NCBI RefSeq assembly: GCF_006345805.1
Contig: NC_042997.1
Location: 17,980,001-18,044,000, forward strand
Length of the DNA: 64,000 nucleotides
From: Octopus sinensis
Taxonomy: Eukaryota
Reading direction: 5' to 3'
In this document: positions 50,190 to 62,535 of the stretch, in pieces
Position numbering within the stretch: the stretch's first letter is position 1
Layout of the letters: every line of letters begins with the position of its first letter
Translations under genes and position numbers: made by a program
The notes under the pieces: generated by a model
The model's input: only the letters and a program-made list of their open reading frames with translations
Databases searched by the model: none
What the model was told of the DNA's origin: nothing

Positions 50190-52500
50190 AGACATTTCTA
50201 ACTTTAGTATTGTGAATAAGGAGAAAGCTCTTCCAGCAGTAGCTGAAAGGAGCTTGATCAAGAGAAGCAATAGTTGTCACCACATTTAGTCGAGATGTGT
50301 TAAATCATAATTTTTAGCATTTTCTTTCTTCATTAAGAGGTTGATCTTGCAGTAACAATTCCCTCTATTCTTTATTAACTTGTTCCTAATTTTCTTAATG
50401 GACTAAGTTGGAAAATTATATAACTAATGAGATAATTCACTTTGGCTTTCCCTTATTAACATTGTTTGGATCCAACACATCAAGCAACCTTTACTTCGTC
50501 CTCAAGATAAAATAAAATAGGCAAGCTCTGGGACATCTGCTTTGTAAAGAAAATATAGAAATTTAAAAAATTTGGACAAAATTTTTTCAGGAAAATTTTA
50601 CTGAATTATCCAGATAAATGCTTTCAACAGAAGTGTTGTCACAATAAATGTCAACAATTTTGAGATAAGCTGAAGGGCCATTAACATTAATTCTACTTAT
50701 AGCATTAGGTATCAAAGTCTTGTTTGTTGAAATTACTGAGAATCCTTTTGGCACTAGTAATAATAACATTCCTTAACATGAATCGCAAATGATTCTGACA
50801 GAAACCCTGCATTAAGCTTATTAATATCAATTAAAACATAAAACATAGACTAGGAAAAAAAAGGCAATTTTTCTAATTGGATTTTGCATTACTTCTATTA
50901 TTGTTAGAGTTGTAGCTACCAAGTAGATAAAAGTGCAGGCTATTGTTCTAAATATTTTTTACACGATTTTCTCAAGGCAAAGCCATCTTGTATAACTGTT
51001 GTGGAGAAAATTTGAAGATTGGTATTTATCTTTTTCTTGTTCCAGTGGAACCATTCCGAAGTGTTTAGTAAACAAATTCACCTCAGTACTTATTTTAAAG
51101 ACTAGCACTCAGTCTATTCATCTCTTTTGTTGAGCCACTAAGTTATGAGGATGTAAACAAACTAAAACCAGTTGAAAACAAACACACTCATGTGGATACA
51201 TACATGTATACGACGGGCTTCCATACAATTTCCATCTGCGAAATTCCCTCACAAGGCATTAGCTGGCCTGAGCTTATGATAGAAGGCACTTGCTAAAGGC
51301 GTTGTTGGGTGGGACTGAAACCATGATCACATTGCTGGAAAGTAAGCTTCTTAGCCACACAGCCATACCTGCATCTATATAAAGTTTTAGATCCAATATA
51401 TTCATTTAGGCATTTCGGACTATTGTTGAAGTATGAAAAAATAGTATGGTAGTTTACTGCAGGTTGTAGATTTGTACAAGTACTATGAATGGCAAACACA
51501 AGGTTGTGTGGAGATTTTAGGGTTTTTGATTCTTATAATAACACTATTCAAAGGTGATTTCAATATTGTTAAAAAAGCATGTATACAATTATAATTCCAA
51601 GAACTGTTGTGACCTTAATTTCTAAAAGTATTAATATTTCCCCACAATCCTTTCGCGCGCGTGCGCGTGTGTCTGTGTGTGATAATATCTATCTACCACA
51701 AATTGTTTAAATGTTGAAATGTCTGTTGTCTCATCAATAGGAGAAAATTTTGCTCGTGTAAATGTTATTGAAGCTGCCCTAGTTCTTACAACATACACAT
51801 ACGTGCACACCATATCTTCACGAAATTTTATTGTAGTCACTTATTGTTAGTCCATATTGTACATGAATGCAATATGGAAATTTTTGTGTTCTACAATTTA
51901 CTTCTCTATGAATTAGAAATCTGAAATGCATTGTCAAGTAGGTTTTTTAGGGAAACTCACCAAAATGAACAACTTTAATATGCTTTTCTCCAACACAAAG
52001 AAATACTAACTGCATTTTCATTTTTTTGTTCATTCTGTCAGACACACTCCTCTTAGTAAAAAAACTGTGTTTTGTATTACATTTTAACATTCAACCTGAA
52101 ATTTGTATTAACTTAGTACCTACCAACCATTTTCTTAATTGAATTAAATTGTTATTTTGTCTAACAGGTTGTGGTACAACACATTTTCTCCATATCAAGA
52201 TGACATTGTGTTGTTGATTACTGTTTTATTTTGGTCTTTTCAAATCTCAATAAAATATTTCTCTTTACCTATGTCAGCTATAGTTAGTTCCACCTCCAAC
52301 TTTTGCCAAGTTATACTTTCTGATTATGCTTGATGTTGTTTATCATTTCTATATCTGGACAAATTTTAGCAATGCGACCTGGTAAATGATCTAAAGAGGC
52401 AATTGCTAAATTGTGTTCTGTAATAAATCCACACAATTTAAGCTCAGCAGCTGCTTTCTGTCCAGAATGTGAACAGAGGATCACCAGATTTCATAAAATA
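50190..52500 (-). mobile_element. hAT transposase remnant, fragmented by insertions
   Basis: AELKLCGFITEHNLAIASLDHL (52350-52450), FSPIDETTDISTFKQ (51700-51760, first catalytic D region), SATAGRAFS (50220-50250, decayed ERxFS dimerisation motif). Confidence 0.65.
51080..51372 (-). mobile_element. SINE family A, degraded
   Basis: Reverse-complement head ...GCTTCTTAGCCACACAGCCATACC and body. Confidence 0.7.
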
Positions 52501-52779
52501 ATTTATTTTTGAAGTGTGTTTTATTATTTTAATGGAATTTTTGCTTTTCTGTATTTTTAAATCTTTCAATTTGATTTAAACTAAAAGCGATTTTGCAATT
52601 TCAAAATTTTTCACAACCTGAGCAATATTTACTGACAGGCCAAACATTATTTTTATAAAAAGCTGTTGATTTTTGTTACTTTTCTTAGGAATGCTGTTTT
52701 TATTATTTTTATTATTATTTGAACAAATCCAATCTTTTTTGTTTACTCATAATAGGCACACACACATGTATGCACGTGT

Positions 52780-52814
<35 letters not shown>

Positions 52815-54063
52815 TGCGCATGCACACACACACAAACACACACATAAAACAAACAACTAGGAATTATGGAATTTTCAGAAAACACTTGTCAAAGTAAGCA
52901 AACAACACCTTGTACTGTCAGACAGCAACATGAACAGAAAAATACATTATATGATTGTATAACATTACTTAGAGTCTCACTTCTCTGTCCTCATTTATGT
53001 AATAATCTAGAAAGATGTTTAAAGAACACACATCTGATGTAGATAGCAACCTTACTGATCATCATCAAATTAGTCTTGATTGGTAGCTTCTCTTGGTTCA
53101 GTTATTATTAATTGCTTGCTGTACTATTCACATTTCTCATTCAAGCAAACAATCCATCATCAAAGCACTTTCATCCCTCCACAACTTATGAAAACCCTAC
53201 CAGTGAAGTTTTAAACAAATTTCTCTCTGGTAACATCCTGCTTCATACAAACGTTTTTGTTAGTAATTCATAACAGTTTATACTTCTCTTTCACAGTGTA
53301 GAATGGAGTGTAGAACATTAGCAAATCTTCTATTCTCCATTTCTCAAGTGTGAAAATATAATATAATATAGATGCTTATATATATATATAATTTTATGTC
53401 TCTTTTCCCAAAACTGTATGGTTTAAATGGCTCTCAAGTGTCTCATCTGGCTGTTGGTATTAAAAAAATGCTATCCGTGACAGGACAAAATAATTCCTGC
53501 TATTTGGTATCAATTTTCTTTGAGTTACTACTTTCTTCAATAGCTTACAATACGGCTAGGTGGTGGTGGGCCTGGTTTTTCCATAATTAAATGTTATATA
53601 TATTTAGTTATTAAGTCATTTGTTAAAAACATTTTTAAACTGTTTAGAATTTTTAACAGTAAGGTCTTTTCTATCTAATTTCTTGTGTAATAATAATGGG
53701 TTATAGCAAAAATAATTGAAGGCAGAATCTTCTAGTGAGCCATTAATACAAAGCAAAGTGACTGCATCCAAAAAAAAATCCTGTTAATCTGACCCACTAT
53801 GTGCCATCTCTAGTTTATGCTTTTCTATCACTACTGTAATGGCCTCTACTCCTCAGATTTGGCTGGTCTCATACCACCTGTACTCAAGCACTCTCAATTT
53901 ATTCATCTTACCGTCTCTCATTGCTCATGTTGCACCCAAACTCTTAGACTCAGCACTAATCACTACACCTAATCTTTTCTTCTGAGTATGTCAGCCCTCT
54001 GGAATTCTCGTATTACATTTTAACATTCAACCTGAAATTTGTATTAACTTAGTACCTACCAAC
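52074..54063 (+). repeat. Identical 54-bp direct repeat 1936 bp apart
   Basis: 52074-52127 = 54010-54063. Confidence 0.9.
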
Positions 54064-56100
54064 TTGTCAACTTGCACTTGTCAACTTGCAACAATTTAAA
54101 CAGAATTTTAATGTTATCAGTCTTACTTGCTTCAAATTCCTACAGGGGTCATAAGAATAGCAGCCCCTTCCTTCAAATCAGACTAATATTAAAGAAATGT
54201 ATGTGTATGATGAAGCTAAAGGTTGTCATTTTAGATAGTGTTACTGTTTGTATTCAGTGTGAATGTTATCTCTGTTCAATGTATTTCTATTAGAATGAAT
54301 AAGCTTCTTAGTTGATATGATGATCTTTTCCTATTCAAAAGTTATCAATAATACTTGATACTTTTTCTTTTTATTTCTAAGAACATTTTTCTTTGCCAAG
54401 ACTTCAGGGTCTTAGACAACATTGAATATATATATAAATGGAACTGTAAATATTCTAAAGCAACAAGAATTCTCTAGATCTGATTTCTCTGTTTATTCTC
54501 TACTGCCAATTGTTAATGTGTCAAAACTTAGGCAAAGAAGCCAATAACAAACAAATGCTATGTGCTTCTAGTTAAAGTAACCAAAATTCGTTGATATAAC
54601 TGAAGCATTTTCTCCTTTTAGTAATCGCCTAGCAATAACATTAATATCCAGATAACCTTTTGATATAAGTGTTATCAATCTTGTTAGATTACTGAATGTA
54701 CCAATGAACTTATTCTAAGAAGTCAGTGACACTTTGCTGACCTATGAGCAATTAGGCTGCCTGACAAGATTTCTCTTGAATCCTTGTTATGCTCATCATT
54801 GATATATAAATTGTTGAGATCATATAACCTGACATGGCTATTAACAATCATTAAAACTAGATAAATTTAGACGGCTACAAATCTTTAAATTATTACAGAT
54901 TATTCCTATTTTAGATGAGTGCAAAGTATAATTATATTTATTGATATAAATTAGGTTTTCTTTTACTATCCCGTTTGCAATATTGAAAGATAGAATATTT
55001 ATAAACATCATCATGTAGAAGTTATAAGCTGATCCCTCTACAGTTTCTTAGCACATATATTCAGCTAGTCTTTTGAGATGTTAAGGGTTCCTTTTTAAAC
55101 TGTAAAGATTCTCCATTTCCATTATCTATAAGTATTGAAACAAACATTAAAAAAAAAAAATATTTCTTAAATATTTAATAGCTCTCAAGAAATACAAAGG
55201 CAGCATAGAAAAGGTCATGGATCATATGTTCAAAATATCATGCAAGTCTTTCAATGTGTCACTTAATTTCATTTGACTTATAGTAAATTCTCAGTAATGA
55301 TATAAACTTGTGACAGGCTTTGTTATTAATACAATTAAGGTAGTTAATACAATAGAATAGATGTAAACTTCCAGTAATGTAAGTCTGCTATGTGGTTTTG
55401 GATTCCTCTTATGGTTAATTTCAGTTCATCTAAAATAGAAAATATAAACCTCACACACTATTTTACCTTTTACTACAAATCTCAGACCTTACAGCAATAA
55501 ATAAATGTTATCAGTGTAGATAATGTAATGTAAGCTAGTGCAGACCTTAGAGCTGTGCTAAAAATGATTTATAATGTCTATGCTGAAGCTCATATGCTGA
55601 AGCTCCTGCATCTATATGACCTTATATGTGTTTCATCCCTTTGTAAAAAAGGGATGATAAATAAGTGCTTATAAAATACTGAGTTGGTTCAATTGAATAC
55701 ACATGATATTCCCTTTAAAATAAATGTTCTAAAGTTTCGGAAATGAGCAGCCTTGAATGAAAAATTCTGAACTGAAATCAAAATTAACCGAGACTGATGC
55801 TGTTTATATGTTGGTGTAGCAGCGATGCTGTGTAGGTGGCATTGTGGTGACAATGCTTTGGAAGTGATATTGTAATGGTGATGTGAGGTACTACTTGTAT
55901 AGTGGATGTGATGTTTTAAGACTGTTGCTATATAGTCAATGTTATGGTAGTGCTAATATGGTGGTGATGATGTTGTGCAAGGGACATTATACATGGATGG
56001 TTATATTGTTATGGAAGTAGATTTAATGTAACAGTGATGATATATCAATTATTTTGTGGATTCTGCTACCTCAATAATAATAATAATAATAATAATAAAT

Positions 56101-56626
56101 GCCCTGATGCAGTACCAGACAGTGGCTCTCATGGCTTCTCATCTTAACTGATTGGAAGTGTTATCATGTACATTGTTTTGTCTTGGTATAAAAGATGGGC
56201 TACAGCAAATACTCTGCTCAATACCACAGATTTGCTTGCTTGTCAGTTGTTTGACCTTAACCAGTTGACCATGTCCCTTAGTGGCTGAGTAGTGGGAGAG
56301 CATCATAGCCATGTGTTGAAAGGAATTCTTAGAGGTTTGGATTATTCACCTTTGGAAACATGGGTGGTTCGTTCAACATCCTTAAACAATCCTTATTCAG
56401 AGACCTTTTGAGCGGGATGGGCTACTCGACCAGAAGAAAATTCTAACTGGGCCTCACCTGCAAGGTCAAGCACTGTTTATCTTGATATGAGATAACCATG
56501 TCACGCACATATGTTTGTGATGCATGTACCTGGTGTACCCTTATTAGATGGGTAGTCATGATGGGTATACTGGGCTTTGTATATTTTACCCCAGTGTCAC
56601 TTTGATGGCATGCACTGCTCTCACTC
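56101..56626. mobile_element. (AAT)n-flanked non-coding interspersed element, ~526 bp
   Basis: Pure (AAT)n on both sides (56073-56100, 56627 onward); right part homologous to 3847-4171 and 4288-4613. Confidence 0.8.
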
Positions 56627-56667
<41 letters not shown>

Positions 56668-56713
56668 TAATAATAATGATAATGATGATGATGATGATGA
56701 TGATGATAATAAC

Positions 56714-57015
56714 ACAGTTCTATATTTAAGAGATAAGGAATTATGTACATTATTTACATTTGACAGGCATATAGCGTAGTGGTTTAAGAGTGTGGGCTAC
56801 TAACCCCAAGATTCCGAGTTCGATTCCAGGCAATGACCTGAATAGTAATAGTAATAATAATGATAATAATAATAATATCGAAAAATACCTTAGGAATGAG
56901 AACCCAGGTTTGAAATTTCCCCAAGTCACCTGATGAAGGCTGGAGAGTATATCAGCCGAAACGTGTTAACAACAAACAAGATGAGGACAAATATCCGTCA
57001 AATGTAAATAATGTA
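56714..57015 (+). mobile_element. tRNA-headed SINE-like element with hammerhead-like core and terminal inverted segment
   Basis: A box TAGCGTAGTGG (56772-82), B box GAGTTCGATTCC (56816-27), (AAT)-like linker, CTGATGA...GAAAC core, 19-bp inverted repeat 56746-64 / 56997-57015. Confidence 0.75.
56925..56970 (+). ncRNA. Minimal type I hammerhead ribozyme-like motif (probably defective in this copy)
   Basis: CUGAUGA (56930-36), A, stem II GGCUG/CAGCC (56938-42/56953-57), GAAAC (56958-62). Stem I and the cleavage triplet do not close cleanly. Confidence 0.6.
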
Positions 57016-57028
57016 AATAATAATAATG

Positions 57029-57068
<40 letters not shown>

Positions 57069-57639
57069 TGATGGATGTTTTGTTCAACATCACTTTTAAA
57101 AAAGTGACTTCCAAATTTATTCCTCTAAATCTCAAGCATTTTTAAAATTATAATAACGTAAGAAACAAACTACTTTTAACAGACATATACTCAGATGTTA
57201 CCAATAGTGAATCTGATATCATGCAAGATTTTTGTTCACTCAAAGGAATATACAAACGATAATGATTACTAGCAGTAAGACACATTAAAGTTAAAGAAAC
57301 TGATGTTAATATACTTAAATTCATGATGACTAATGATAATAAAAGTCCCATTTATTGCAATCAGTTCACATTGCATCACATTTTTCTGACCTTACCAATA
57401 ACTACATGCAGTTGTGAAATGATCCTTTAATTAGCTAAAATGCATAAATGTTTAGGTGGGAGTATATTTTCCAGTTTAACCACCTTTCTCTCATGCGCTA
57501 ATCATCCACACAGCTTCTATTCATGCCTCTTTTGCTCACATTGATATCCTTCTCATTTCTTTAACAATCTCTCAAATTTTCTCTCTCACTGTACCTGATT
57601 GCTGATGCTTGCATGAAAAGTGGATGTATAATGACAATG

Positions 57640-58215
57640 GCACAAACACATACACACACACACATGCACTGACACAAACATATACACATGTATGCATGCA
57701 CACACACACACACACACACAAAATCCATTAATATATATATATATATATATATTGATGTATGTGTGTGTATACATACATATGTACATATGTACGTATATAC
57801 ATACAAACATTACACACGCACATACATTGTTTTATGCATGTACACATGTAGTTGTATATATGTGGTTCTGTGTGTGCATGTTCGTCTGCATGTGTCTACA
57901 TTTATTAATATGTTAGGATTTAAAATTTCATATCTTCATTACACAAGTTTGAAGATAGCTGAAGGCACTCATGAAATGATTGCCCTCCGGTGTAAAATTT
58001 TAAATATTAATAAATATATATAAACTTTATCTTATGTATTAACATATCAACAATTCTCTTACACACACATGCACACACACACACACACACACACACTCTC
58101 ACACACACACACTCTCACACATGTACACACACACACACATACTCACACACACAAACACACAAACACATACACACACACGCACGTGCACACACACACATAC
58201 ACACACACACACATT
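57640..58215. repeat. Compound (CA)/(TA) microsatellites
   Basis: Tracts at 57640-57850 and 58060-58215. Confidence 0.9.
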
Positions 58216-58919
58216 CATCATCGTTTTAACGTTCACTTTTCAATGCTGGCCTAGGTCAAGCAAACTTTGAAACTTTGTTAAGATAATTTTTCCATGCCTA
58301 GGCAAGCTTTCACAAAATACTGCAAACCAATGACATAACATGTATGATGGTAACTATTGTTTACTATTAGTGGGCTTATGTCAGGGCAAAGGAGATATGC
58401 AGACACACACACACACACTCAGTAAAGTAGAAAAGAAAGGCCAAATAGTTTGGTAAAACTTGACAAAGATACTTAAGTTAGCTATGTAATAAACGGTTTA
58501 GATAGTCTCTAACAGCTGTTTATAGAATATTCCAGCAACTGGAACACCGTTCGAATGAGGATTCCATAAGCTGAGTATGCAGTCACCAGAGAAAGATTGG
58601 TTAAACATATGTAATGGTGGAAGAATATTCTTCATCAATGATAATTATTATGGTTCCTTATATCTAGAAAGAGAGGAGAAATCCGGTTAAAATGGATATT
58701 CATTAGGTAAATCTATGAACAGAAAGAAGGATTTGGCAAGGTAAATGGATTCTAGCAGTTCCAAAGTTGGATAACATTGTCTGTTAAATTTGTGTATGAA
58801 ATCCTACTGGCAATAAACATGCGTGTGGTTGAATTATCCTGCTTAGATCAGTTCTGTTTGCATCTAAAATGGGTTAGCATGTAATCAACTGCTTTTCTCT
58901 AGTTGGTAAATAGGGAATT

Positions 58920-60445
58920 CCATGTTTCAACACGAATTTCCTCTGATGATAACACTGACTAAACATCTCTTTCTTTGGAGTTTGAGAAGGTCTCCGAATC
59001 AAGCAAGTTTTTCAGGATTCTTGCTCTCTCGGCTAGGCAAAGATTACATAGTTCATTCCCATTTCTTATAGAAGCTTCCATTTAATTATGTACGGTGGAC
59101 TCTCCTCTTTTAAACGCCATACATTACTGACCAGAGACATAATGTTGTGTCTCTTTGATATCTTAAAGAAAGACCTGTGATTGTGAAGATAATACTTGAA
59201 TGGACCCTCTGTACATCTGATATATTTCTGTACCTGTGTTCTTGTGCTGCTGGTGTTACAACAGCTGTTCTTGCTGTTGTTACCATTCACATTCCTGTTG
59301 TCACTGCTGGATTCATTGCTGCTGCCATTGTTGCTGTTATTGCTGGATGTGATGCTGGTGCCGCAGTTGCCACCATCACAACCGTTATTGCTGCTACTGT
59401 CAGATGCATTATTGATGCAGTTGTTGTTGCTGTAGCTATCACTATTTCCACTACTGCTGCTACTACTACTTGATGCACTGCTGGTGTTGCTGCCATCACC
59501 ACCACTGCTACTGTAATTACTGTTGCTGTTGTTAACAGAGACTGCGTTCTTAGTACTGTTACTGTTGCTGCTACCAACGCTGCTGCTGCTACTGGACACT
59601 GCTTCAGCCTCCTAAAACTACATCTTTGTAGTTGTGTCACATCCCTCCATCACCACTGGGCACTCATTGCTACCTCTGTGCACACAGCTGAAAGAGATCC
59701 TTAAGTTATGCATTTTAAGCAATCACCCATTTCTATGTGAAGTGTTTGTCCACTAATCTAAGGAATATCCTTGCTATACAGGTTTTGACATTGAGTAAGA
59801 AGGGTGGGACAAACCAAATGACTTTACAGTGGTACTTTCTTTTGTGGGTGTTAGGACCCAGCATATAGAAGATGTGGTCCTTAAACACACTGGATGCCAA
59901 AGCCTCATTATAATAAGAGCCTGCAGTATCGAAATGTCTTTACTGGAAGCCAGGTTTGAAATCCTGTTAGTGACACTCTTCACTAAGTTCTTGAACATGA
60001 TAGGTGGGTGGCAGGAGATTGTGTTACTGTTCTGTTTAGTTTGTGGTGGGACCTGTTTGTACAGGTACCCAGTTCCAGCGTAATGTCTAAAAAGTAAACA
60101 ATGGTAAGGTTGGTCTCAGTTGTAATCTTAAGGTCCAGGGAACTAAGGCTATGAATTAGGCCCTTCCCATGCTTTTCTAGGGTATGCTCATTAGTTCCTC
60201 TAGAAATAGCTAAAGCGTCATCTCTGTATACAACAAAAATTGCTGACAGTAATGTTTTCATTAAAGTCTCCAGTATATCCAATCCTATGAAGTCACAAAT
60301 ATCCACGTTATTGAATACTCCCATCACCACACAGAATGAGCCTACTGGGTCTGATTATTTGACCTAGGCTGAACCTTTACTGAACAGCAACATTTTCCTA
60401 ACATACCTAATAACGTCTGTATCTCTTTCATTTAATATCAGCAAA
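58920..60445 (-). mobile_element. Penelope-like element (Naiad-like), second copy, RT + GIY-YIG, decayed
   Basis: VVMGVFNNVDICDFIG; VYRDDAL; FLDITLEL; FKNLVKSVTNRISNLASS; KYIRCTEGPFK..HNH..VWRLK..YIIKWKLL; CNLCLAER; CYH. Confidence 0.85.
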
Positions 60446-60449
60446 GATT

Positions 60450-60670
60450 TTAACAAACATAAGCGCCTTAACTAGTAACCCTTTTGACATTGACTGATAA
60501 AAACCTGATAACTTTGCCTCTACTCCAAATGCCACCCGATTAAGTCTGCTAAATCAGAAATCAGGTTGGTGGGCAAATATATACTGAGAAAGATCAATGA
60601 CAACTGAAAGAAGACATTTAATCTCTTCTTATGGCATTATATCAATGAAGTTATTTCATGGTTTAAGGTT
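60450..60670 (+). mobile_element. Inverted N-terminal RT segment of the adjacent Penelope-like element
   Basis: With small frameshifts the plus strand reads approximately TL.DKKPDNFASTP.C.L..AKSEI.LV.KYIL.KIND...I.WFK, the region preceding RT motif A in this family. Confidence 0.7.
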
Positions 60671-60788
60671 AGCCAGTATAGAGGCAGGGCAAGGTTCACC
60701 CAATTTGATATAGTAGATTTTTGCTGTAATGTTTTAGAGTATGCTTCTTTTGGGGCCCATGAATTACTTATTGGTTTAAAAATATATA

Positions 60789-60833
<45 letters not shown>

Positions 60834-60840
60834 ATATATA

Positions 60841-60993
60841 TTTCTTTACTACCCACAAGGGGCTAAACACAGAGGGGACAAACAAGGACAGACAAAGGGA
60901 TTTAGTTGATTACATCAACCCCAGTGCGTAAATGGTACTTAATTTATCGACCCCGAAAGGATGAAAGGCAAAGTAGACCTTGGCGGAATTTGA
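60841..60993 (-). mobile_element. SINE family B variant, 5'-truncated
   Basis: Reverse complement of AAATTCCGCCAAGGTCTACTTTGCCTTTCATCCTTTCGGGGTCGATAAATTAAGTACC. Confidence 0.8.
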
Positions 60994-61561
60994 TGTGTGT
61001 GTGTGTGTATGTATGTATATATATATGCAAACACACACACATATGACAGGCTTCTTTCAGTTTTCATCTCCTACATATCATTCAGTATTAATCAAGTAGC
61101 AACTATAGCTGATGACATCAGATGATGGTATTCATTTAGTGTGTATGAACTGTAAACTACATGGTCCCAAAGCAAACTTCTTAATCTCTTGGCTATGCCA
61201 ATGTCTATATGTTTATATATTCTCCTTATCATCCTAATTTTATGTCTAATTTCCTTATTGATATGCCTTGGATGGGTTATGATAAGCAAAGTATTCACCT
61301 TATAAGGAGTTACTACTCATTTTGACTAACATTCATATATGTCATTTGATTTAGTGTTTATGAGTAGATGTCCGTTCTATCTCCAAACACTTTACAAAGT
61401 GTAGTGGGTACTTTTTCTTGTAACACAAAAACAAGAGATGTTGATAAGTCCTCAGTGAAACAAAAATAAAGGAACCTCACAACACTATGATTTTTCCATT
61501 TGCTTGGCATTTTCTTTATGTATGTATATATATGTGTGTGTGTGTGTGTTTGTGTGTGTGG

Positions 61562-61606
<45 letters not shown>

Positions 61607-61610
61607 TATT

Positions 61611-62037
61611 ACTTTTTTATTCTTTTACTTGTTTCAATCATTTGACCATTTGACTGTAGCCATACTGGAGCACCACCTTTTAGTCATAGAAATCGAACCC
61701 AGGACTTATTCTTTGTAAGCTTGGTACTTATTCTATCGGTCTCTTTTGCTGACCCACTAAGTTATAAGGACATAACCAACATTGGTTGTCAAGCGACGGT
61801 AGGGGGAAAAACACAGACACAAAGACACACACACAAATATATGTATGCGTGTGTATATATATATATATATATATATACACAATCGACTTCTTTCAGTTTC
61901 TGTCTACCAAATCCATTCACAAGGCTTTGGTCAGCCCGAGGCTATAGTGGAAGCCACTTTCCCAAGTTGCCACGCAGTGGGACTGAACCTAGAACCATGT
62001 GGTTGGTAAGCAAACTTCTTAGAACACAGCCATGCCT
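61611..62037 (-). mobile_element. SINE family A, full length
   Basis: Reverse complement of the complete head, linker and tail. Confidence 0.9.
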
Positions 62038-62051
62038 GTGCCCCTACATAG

Positions 62052-62088
<37 letters not shown>

Positions 62089-62535
62089 ATGGCTATAGGT
62101 TATATAAAAATTTTTTGAACATGATAATCTCACACAACCACAACTTCAACCACTGTGGTATTGGTCAAAACACATGATATCAATGTTCTTCAAAGTAATG
62201 CTGTAGCTGTAGAAATTTACAACTTGATCAAGTCTGACGTACTACTACAATAATAACAAAATAAAAAAAAAAGGGCTGCAACAACACAACAGACTTAAGG
62301 TACATGAACATCTAATGAGGTACACTCATGGTTATGATACTGAGAAATTCACTTCACAACCAAGTAGTTTCAAGTTCAGTTCCACTCCATTTCACTTTGG
62401 GCAATTGATGCTCTCTAATATAGCTCCGGGCCAAACAATTCTCTGTGAAGGAATTTTCTAGATGGAAACTGTATGGAAGCTTTTCATATAAATCTTTACA
62501 CAGAAATATGCTAGATATAATTATAAATATATATA

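Noticed and set aside
54380-54925. Long protein-looking frame with ~11-12 stops (similar ones at 6200-6710, 9380-9820, 15410-15790), considered as pseudo-exons or as stops rescued by A-to-I editing
   Set aside because: Stop density is close to random expectation for ~30% GC, and every stop is trivially one change from Gln/Arg/Trp. No homology recognised.
56765-56835. Possible true tRNA gene
   Set aside because: A and B boxes are present, but the acceptor and T stems do not close and no oligo-T terminator follows; it continues into a repeat body, so it is called a SINE head.
58480-58915. Possible CR1/L2 3' end on the minus strand
   Set aside because: Only a faint ...LWN... resemblance; too decayed to call.
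58943-58975. CTGATGA near the end of Penelope-like copy 2 as a hammerhead
   Set aside because: No stem II or GAAA follows, and it is antisense to the element, within its coding tail.
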